Source: Desulfuromonadales bacterium (GTDB lineage: Bacteria > Desulfobacterota > Desulfuromonadia > Desulfuromonadales > SZUA-540). Taken from it: 25,057 bases of DNA. The stretch lies in NCBI GenBank assembly GCA_033549025.1, contig JAWSUS010000035.1, positions 1 through 25,057 on the forward strand, read 5' to 3'. The notes below the pieces were generated by a model. That model searched no databases. It saw only the letters and a program-made list of their open reading frames with translations, and had not been told where the DNA came from. Of the stretch, positions 19,301 to 25,057 are shown one piece after another. How positions within the stretch are numbered: position 1 is the stretch's first letter; each line of letters starts with the position of its first letter. A program made the translations under genes and the position numbers.

Positions 19301-20305
19301 TCAGGACTCGCGCAGATTTACCAGGGTGCGGCCGCACACCTGCCCCTTGAGGATCGCCTCGATCTTTTCATCCAGCTCGGCGAGGCTGCACTCGCTGGCG
19401 ACCATTTTCAGCCGCTCGGGCTTCCAGTCGCCGGCCAGCTTTTTCCACACCTGCAGACGGGTTTCCATGGGACATTGCACCGAATCGACGCCAAGCAGCG
19501 AGACGCCGCGCAGAATAAAGGGAAAGACATTCATCGTCAGATCCGAGGAGCCGACCAGACCGCAGCAGGTCACCACGCCGCCGTAACGGGTGGCTTTGAG
19601 GGCGGCCGCCAGGGTCTCGCCGCCGACGGCATCAACGACACCGGCCCAGCGCTCCTTCAGCAGCGGTTTTTCGGCCCCTTCGGTGACGGCGGTGCGGTGG
19701 ATGACCTCGCTGGCGCCGAGCTGCCGCAGATAATCCTCTTCTTCGCTTTTACCCGTGGCGGCCACCACGCGATACCCCGCTTTGGCCAAAATAGCCACGG
19801 CCAGACTGCCGACACCACCGGTGGCGCCCGTCACCAGGATGTCCCCATCGGCAGGCTTCACTCCGGCACCGACCAGCTTCCACACCGACAAGGCCGCCGT
19901 AAATCCGGCCGTGCCCAGAATCATGCTCTCGCGCAGGGTCAGGTCCTCCGGCAGATGCACCGCCCACTTGGAAGGAACACGAATGTACTCCCCAAAGCCT
20001 CCCGCCGTATTCATGCCCAGGTCGTAACCCGTCACCAGGACTTTTTGACCGCGCGAGAAAAGGGCGGTGGAACAGTCAACCACCTCGCCAGCTGCGTCGA
20101 TACCGGGGGTATGGGGATATTTGCGCGTCACCCCTTTATTGCCGATCGCGGACAGAGCGTCTTTGTAGTTGAGTGAGGAGTAATGAACCCGGATCAACAG
20201 GTCGCCCGGGGGCAGTTCATCAATTTTTCGCGACACGACCTTGCGTGTGAACTCTTTGTTGTCGTCCTCTTCCACGACCATGGCCTTGAACGTCCTCTGT
20301 GGCAT
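19301..20305 (-). CDS. acuI: YhdH/AcuI-family NADPH-dependent acryloyl-CoA reductase / quinone oxidoreductase
   Basis: YSSLNYKDAL, TPGIDAAG, GTAGFTAAL, VTGATGGVGS, PFILRGVSLLGVDSV; AGGAGG RBS. Confidence 0.85.
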   Translation of the reverse strand: MPQRTFKAMVVEEDDNKEFTRKVVSRKIDELPPGDLLIRVHYSSLNYKDALSAIGNKGVTRKYPHTPGIDAAGEVVDCSTALFSRGQKVLVTGYDLGMNTAGGFGEYIRVPSKWAVHLPEDLTLRESMILGTAGFTAALSVWKLVGAGVKPADGDILVTGATGGVGSLAVAILAKAGYRVVAATGKSEEEDYLRQLGASEVIHRTAVTEGAEKPLLKERWAGVVDAVGGETLAAALKATRYGGVVTCCGLVGSSDLTMNVFPFILRGVSLLGVDSVQCPMETRLQVWKKLAGDWKPERLKMVASECSLAELDEKIEAILKGQVCGRTLVNLRES

Positions 20306-20397
20306 GCGCGCCTTCCTCCTTTTTTGCCGAGTTGAAGTTATGAACGGTTGGCCTGCAACAAGTGGTTCATGGTATCTTTTCTCGCACCTTCAGCTTA

Positions 20398-20428
20398 ATA
20401 GCCTAGGGGCTATGGCGATTCACGTCAA
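20398..20428 (-). promoter_or_regulatory. Sigma70 promoter of acuI-ech with overlapping palindrome
   Basis: Minus strand TTGACG (20428-20423), 17 bp, TAGGCT (20405-20400); ATAGCC-N4-GGCTAT (20398-20413) overlaps the -10. Confidence 0.55.
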
Positions 20429-20548
20429 GGGTCCAACCGGAGGAGAACCAAATTTTTCCGACACGAGCCGGAGCCGCGCACGCCTGAAGGCAAGACCCTC
20501 TGTCCCTGCAGGGTTTCGTATCTCTGGTACAATCCTTTAAGACTCTGA

Positions 20549-21691
20549 ATGAAGGCTGTCATGGAAAAATCGACCGCGACAATGGAAACTGGCCGGGACG
20601 CCGAAAGGGCATTCACCCTGAGCCTGGCAGGACGACTCGATACGACCTCGGTTGGGCCCTTGTGGAAAAAAATGGACAAGCTTTTTGCCCAGGACGCGAA
20701 GGATCTGGTGCGGGTCGATGTGGGTGAGCTGGTCTATATCGACGGCGCCGGCGCCGCCCTGCTGGTTGAAATCGGTCGCCGGCAGCTGCAGGTCGGAGGC
20801 CGTTTCGAGCTCGTGAATCTTAAAGACGAGTTCCGACAGCTGCTCAACCTGTTCGATCCCGCCGACTATGTCGAGGCCTATCCGACCAAGCCCGTCTGTT
20901 CGAACCTGCCCACCGAAGTCGGCAAAGCCAGCGTCAGCCTCTGGCGCAACATCATCACCCTGGTGGCCTTCGTCGGGGAACTCAGCACCGCGCTGCTCCA
21001 TGCCCTGCTGCATTTTCGCAAGATCCGCTGGAAGGACACCTTCCTTATTTTCGAAACCGCCGGCATCAATGCGCTGCCGATCATCACGCTCCTCAGTTTT
21101 CTGGTCGGGCTGATCATGGCCTTTCAGGCCGCTATCCCCATGCGGCAGTTCGGCGTTGAGATTTACGTGGCCGACCTCATCGCTCTCTCCATGCTGCGCG
21201 AACTGGGGCCGCTGATGACCGCCATTATTTTGGCCGGCCGCACCGGCTCGTCCTTTGCGGCTGAGCTGGGCACCATGAAGGTCAATGAAGAAGTCGACGC
21301 CCTCACCACCATGGGACTCGACCCCGTGCGCTTTCTGGCCATCCCTCGCCTGCTCGCCGCCCTGGTGGCCACGCCGTTGCTCACCATCTTTTCGAGCCTG
21401 CTCGGCCTGCTCGGCGGCGCGGTCGTCCTGCTGGCCATGGGCTACCCCCTCGTCACCTACGCCAACCAGGTCGTCGGGGCGGTCAGCCTGCAAGATCTGG
21501 TTGGCGGGCTGGCTAAGACCTTCTTTTTCGGCCTGCTTATCGCCGGCATCGGCTGTCTGCACGGCCTGCAGGCCGGGCGAGGCGCCAGCGGCGTCGGCAA
21601 AGCGGCCACCAGCGCCGTGGTGGCCGGCATCATCCTCATCATCGTTACCGACGGCATCTTTGCCGTGGTCTATTACTATCTGGGCTTCTAA
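20549..21691 (+). CDS. mlaE: MlaE-family permease with N-terminal STAS (MlaB-like) domain
   Basis: STAS-like LAGRLD...YIDGAG; RELGPLMTAIILAGRTGS, ELGTMKVNEEVDAL; start could be 20561 or 20582; TG-G-TACAAT at 20525-20533. Confidence 0.88.
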   Translation: MKAVMEKSTATMETGRDAERAFTLSLAGRLDTTSVGPLWKKMDKLFAQDAKDLVRVDVGELVYIDGAGAALLVEIGRRQLQVGGRFELVNLKDEFRQLLNLFDPADYVEAYPTKPVCSNLPTEVGKASVSLWRNIITLVAFVGELSTALLHALLHFRKIRWKDTFLIFETAGINALPIITLLSFLVGLIMAFQAAIPMRQFGVEIYVADLIALSMLRELGPLMTAIILAGRTGSSFAAELGTMKVNEEVDALTTMGLDPVRFLAIPRLLAALVATPLLTIFSSLLGLLGGAVVLLAMGYPLVTYANQVVGAVSLQDLVGGLAKTFFFGLLIAGIGCLHGLQAGRGASGVGKAATSAVVAGIILIIVTDGIFAVVYYYLGF

Positions 21692-21693
21692 CT

Positions 21694-22452
21694 ATGGACG
21701 ACAGCACAGACCCCATCATACAGGTCAGAGGACTGACCGCCGCCTACGGCGACCAGGTGATCTTGCAGGATGTTTCCTTCGAGGTGAACCGGGGAGAGAT
21801 CTTCATCATTCTCGGGGGCTCGGGCTGCGGCAAAAGCACCCTGCTCAAGCATATGATCGGGCTTTACAGGCCGCGCTCCGGTGCGGTTCTGCTCAACGGC
21901 AGCGACATTGTCAGCGCCCAGGGAGAACCGCGCCGGCAGATTCTGCGACAGATCGGGGTCAGTTACCAGAGTTCGGCTCTCTTTGGCTCCCTCACTCTGC
22001 TGGAAAATGTCTGCCTGCCTCTCGATGAATTCACCGACCTGCCGACGGAGGCCAAAGACCTGGTGGCCCGCATGAAACTGCGACTCGTCGGGCTGCAGGG
22101 ATTTGAGGACCACCTTCCGGCAGAATTAAGCGGGGGGATGCAAAAGAGGGCCGCCATCGCCCGGGCCATCGCTCTCGATCCAGCCATTCTCTTTCTCGAC
22201 GAGCCTTCGGCCGGTCTCGATCCGGTGACCTCGGCCGAACTCGACCTGCTCATCCGCAACCTGGCCGAATCGATATCCAGCACCTTTGTCATAGTCTCCC
22301 ATGAACTTCCCAGCATCTTCGCCATCGCCGACCATGTCATCATGCTGGACAAGGAGAGCAAAGGCATTATCGCCGAAGGACACCCCGTCGACTTGCGGGA
22401 TCACAGTGAAGACCCACGGGTTCGTCGGTTCTTCAATCGCGAGGTCGCGTGA
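21694..22452 (+). CDS. mlaF: MlaF-family ABC ATPase
   Basis: GGSGCGKST, ELSGGMQKRAAIARA, FLDEPSAGLDP, SHE. Confidence 0.9.
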   Translation: MDDSTDPIIQVRGLTAAYGDQVILQDVSFEVNRGEIFIILGGSGCGKSTLLKHMIGLYRPRSGAVLLNGSDIVSAQGEPRRQILRQIGVSYQSSALFGSLTLLENVCLPLDEFTDLPTEAKDLVARMKLRLVGLQGFEDHLPAELSGGMQKRAAIARAIALDPAILFLDEPSAGLDPVTSAELDLLIRNLAESISSTFVIVSHELPSIFAIADHVIMLDKESKGIIAEGHPVDLRDHSEDPRVRRFFNREVA

Positions 22453-22506
22453 AGCATTCGATTACACTAAGGGCCTGGCCCGTGCAAAGCAGGAGTTTTT
22501 TTAACC

Positions 22507-23418
22507 ATGAGTGAACGCGCCAACTTCTTCAAAATCGGTCTCTTCGTCATCGGCGCGGCGACCATCGTCGTCGTAGGGATTGTCGTGCTCGGGGCCAACG
22601 TCCTCTTCCGGCATCCTATTGTCATGGAAAGCTACTTCGATGAAACGGTGCAGGGCCTTGACGTCGGCTCTCCCGTCAAGTTCCGGGGCGTGCAGATCGG
22701 GCGGGTCGAAACCATCACCTTGGCCGGCAATGAATACCCCACCGCCAAACGCTACGTTCTGGTGCGCTTCGCCCTCGAACGGGATGCCTTCCAACTTCAG
22801 GCCGAACATATGAACACCCAATTGCTGCAACGGGAGATCGACAAAGGGCTGCGGGTACGCACGGCGGCCAAGGGCGTTACGGGCACAGCCTTCCTGGAGG
22901 CCGACTACCTCGACCCGCAGCGCAATCCGACCCTCCCCATCGACTGGACGCCGGATTATCCCTACGTCCCCTCGGCCGGCAGCGTCATCACCCAGCTCAG
23001 CGACTCGGTCAACCGCATCCTGTTTGCCCTGGAAAAAATCGACCTCGAAAGACTGATTATCAACATGGAAGAATCCCTGCAGGCTATCGCCGGCCTGGCC
23101 CGCGACACCAATATGAAAGAGATCAGCCGCCAGACCGAGTTGCTGTTGACGGAGATCCGCCGCACCAACACCAACCTCGACCAGATGGTACAGGGCGTTT
23201 CCGCCGAACTGCCCGCCAGCCTGGCCAACCTGCGGCAAACGCTCCACCGCCTTGACAACCTGCTGGTCAGCCAACAGCCCAACGTGGAAGAAACCTTGGA
23301 AAACCTCCGCGTCCTCAGCGACAACCTGCGCACCCTCAGCGACGAGGCCCGCGCCTACCCGGCTCACACGTTATTCGGCGCCCCGCCCGCTCCCGCCTTC
23401 CCAGGAGAAACCCCATGA
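22507..23418 (+). CDS. mlaD: MlaD/MCE-domain protein with helical C-terminus
   Basis: N-terminal TM helix, VQGLDVGSPVKFRGVQIGRV, coiled-coil tail. Confidence 0.88.
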   Translation: MSERANFFKIGLFVIGAATIVVVGIVVLGANVLFRHPIVMESYFDETVQGLDVGSPVKFRGVQIGRVETITLAGNEYPTAKRYVLVRFALERDAFQLQAEHMNTQLLQREIDKGLRVRTAAKGVTGTAFLEADYLDPQRNPTLPIDWTPDYPYVPSAGSVITQLSDSVNRILFALEKIDLERLIINMEESLQAIAGLARDTNMKEISRQTELLLTEIRRTNTNLDQMVQGVSAELPASLANLRQTLHRLDNLLVSQQPNVEETLENLRVLSDNLRTLSDEARAYPAHTLFGAPPAPAFPGETP

Positions 23419-24044
23419 GAAGTCGATTCCTCTCTCTTTCGATCATCGCACTTTGCTGGCTCAGCGCCTGCGTACAGGTCGACAACAAAATGCTGGAAAA
23501 AAGCCCGCCGGCCAGACAGTTTTACGCCCTGGATGTGACCCGTTCACTGCCTGCGGCCACCGGGCAGATAGGCGGCATACTGCGCCTGGCTCCCTTCCGG
23601 CTTGCGCCACCCTTTTACGGCCAAGGCTTCGTCTACCGGTTCGATGAACACCGCTATCAGAGCGATTACTATCATCAATTTCTCGCCGACCCGGCAGACC
23701 TTATCACCGCCGCGACCGAAAAATGGCTCTCGGCGTCAGGACGATTCGCCCTGGTTCACAGGGGCTCCAGTCGCCTCGGCGCGGAACTGCTTCTTGAAGG
23801 GACTGTCGATTACCTTTACGGTGATTTTCGACAGGAGGAAACCCCCAAGGCCGTCCTTGAACTGCGCCTGCGGCTGCTGGATGCGCAAGCCGACCGACCG
23901 GTCCTGCTCTTCCAGCGCCGCTATACCGCCTCCGTCCCCTTCGCATCCAACGCCCCCGAAAACCTCGTCAAGGCCTGGAACCAGGGGTTGTCAATCATTC
24001 TCACTCAATTCGAACAAGACGCAGCCACACACCTGGCACCTTAA
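23415..24044 (+). CDS. PqiC-like ABC-transport auxiliary lipoprotein
   Basis: Lipobox LSAC, FYAL, DYYHQFLADP; ATGA overlap with mlaD. Confidence 0.8.
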   Translation: MRSRFLSLSIIALCWLSACVQVDNKMLEKSPPARQFYALDVTRSLPAATGQIGGILRLAPFRLAPPFYGQGFVYRFDEHRYQSDYYHQFLADPADLITAATEKWLSASGRFALVHRGSSRLGAELLLEGTVDYLYGDFRQEETPKAVLELRLRLLDAQADRPVLLFQRRYTASVPFASNAPENLVKAWNQGLSIILTQFEQDAATHLAP

Positions 24045-24069
24045 ATCAGCGCAGCCGAATCCCGACATG

Positions 24070-24099
24070 AAAAAAGGCAGTGCCCAACAAGGCACTGCC
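24070..24099 (-). terminator. Rho-independent terminator between convergent genes
   Basis: GGCAGTGCC/GGCACTGCC stem with A6 on the left. Confidence 0.8.
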
Positions 24100-24147
24100 C
24101 TCAATAAAAATCTTCCATGTCGTTTTTCTCTCCTGCCCTATCCTTGA

Positions 24148-24537
24148 CTAACTCATTCTCTTCCTGAGCATCGCCGCGCCGATCAGACCGGCACCGAGCA
24201 GGATGAGGGTAGACGGTTCGGGAACGGGTGCTGGGGCACCATTGGTGTCGCCGGTACCATTTTCGATGTAGCCATTGGTTGGGGTTTCATTGACGGCTTC
24301 ATCCAGTTCTCTTGAAACGGCCTGCAGACTCACAGTGCTATATGTAGCAGTAAACTCATCTGGTGCCGCGGTAGCCGTTGCCACGCTTGGTTCATCATAC
24401 GTGTAACTTGTTGAGAGGTAAGTGCTCCAAATGGAGTCATATCCCAGTGTGATACTGTAACTCCATGCTGTACCGGACAGAAACAGTCCCAAAAACATCC
24501 CGGCCAAAACAACCCTTAAAAGACGATAGCGTTTCAT
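24148..24537 (-). CDS. Short PEP-CTERM sorting domain protein
   Basis: Signal peptide (..TAWS), Ser/Thr/Tyr-rich body, VPEPSTLILLGAGLIGAAMLRKR; AGGAGGTGG RBS. Confidence 0.92.
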   Translation of the reverse strand: MKRYRLLRVVLAGMFLGLFLSGTAWSYSITLGYDSIWSTYLSTSYTYDEPSVATATAAPDEFTATYSTVSLQAVSRELDEAVNETPTNGYIENGTGDTNGAPAPVPEPSTLILLGAGLIGAAMLRKRMS

Positions 24538-24593
24538 ACCCTTCCACCTCCTTCCTTAATTTCAGAAATCCTAAAAGCCGTTGTCCATCTAGA

Positions 24594-24611
24594 ATGCAAT
24601 AATCGCTCCAG
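24594..24611 (-). promoter_or_regulatory. Sigma54 promoter of the PEP-CTERM gene
   Basis: Minus strand CTGGAGCG-ATTA-TTGCAT, GG-N10-GC spacing exact. Confidence 0.7.
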
Positions 24612-24712
24612 AACATAACTATCTGGATCCACATCACTTTACAGTCTACTCGCTTGCTGGCGTCAATAAAATCAACATCCGTTAATGAACCGGCTACATC
24701 TCTTCAATATTA

Positions 24713-24725
24713 TAAATTACTGATT
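24713..24725 (-). promoter_or_regulatory. Putative IHF site
   Basis: Minus strand AATCAG-TAAT-TTA versus WATCAA-N4-TTR, in AT-rich DNA between enhancer and promoter. Confidence 0.4.
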
Positions 24726-24789
24726 TTATTCAATAATTAAGTCCGTGCGTAAAAGCCCCTTTTTATTCCCAAAACAATAGGCAATTTTA

Positions 24790-24806
24790 TGTAAGAATTT
24801 TCGACA
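24790..24806. promoter_or_regulatory. PEP-CTERM-system (PrsR-type) enhancer-like site
   Basis: TGTAAGAATTTTCGACA (TGT-N11-ACA), about 180 bp upstream of the sigma54 site; resembles the motif recalled upstream of PEP-CTERM genes. Confidence 0.55.
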
Positions 24807-24981
24807 AAATTGCCTGTTCCCCGCAACCACTCCCCTAATAAACTTACTTACCCTTCAAACCAGTATACGCACTAACTCACAGATTTAATCATATGGCTGC
24901 ATTGACAAAACAGGATGCTTTATTATCGTATTATCAATGTGGAAAACTTTTCAACCAAACCGAACTCTTCAAAATCCTTAC

Positions 24982-25057
24982 TGGGGCGGCTCCAGTTTTC
25001 TTGGACACTGATTTGGGATAATATTCCCATGTCCAAGGAGGTTGAAAATGACCGAAC
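24982..25057 (+). mobile_element. Probable left end of an IS3-family insertion sequence (truncated by window edge)
   Basis: TG-initial TGGGGCGGCTCCAGTTTTCTTGGACACT resembles IS3-family terminal inverted repeats; inner repeat CTTGGACA/TGTCCAAG; AAGGAGG RBS and ATG at 25048 (MTE...). Confidence 0.5.

Noticed and set aside
20549..24044. STAS-MlaE/MlaF/MlaD/PqiC-like operon as a novel system
   Set aside because: This architecture is widespread in Proteobacteria; nothing unusual seen

Overview
GC-rich bacterial chromosomal window. Gene content and style suggest Desulfuromonadales/Geobacter-like Deltaproteobacteria (inference). Left to right: (1) a probable operon of a MXAN_5187-C-terminal-like protein, a patatin and a B12-binding radical SAM enzyme; (2) a thioredoxin-fold protein lacking CxxC; (3) an MshEN-receiver protein; (4) a hsp20-hsp20-clpB disaggregase cluster, preceded by a sigma54-type promoter, palindromic enhancer-like sites and its own sigma54 activator gene; (5) a REC-PAS-GGDEF-EAL protein; (6) a cobalamin riboswitch with btuB-btuF-btuC-btuD, where btuB is lower in GC and is followed by an internal promoter/hairpin; (7) an enoyl-CoA hydratase plus an AcuI/YhdH reductase; (8) a Mla/MCE-type ABC operon; (9) a short PEP-CTERM protein with a sigma54 promoter and enhancer; (10) what looks like the left end of an IS3-family element at the edge. 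The best candidate for an undescribed system is the sigma54/bEBP-controlled sHsp-ClpB module flanked by c-di-GMP signalling genes. All calls come from motif reading by eye; no searches were run.
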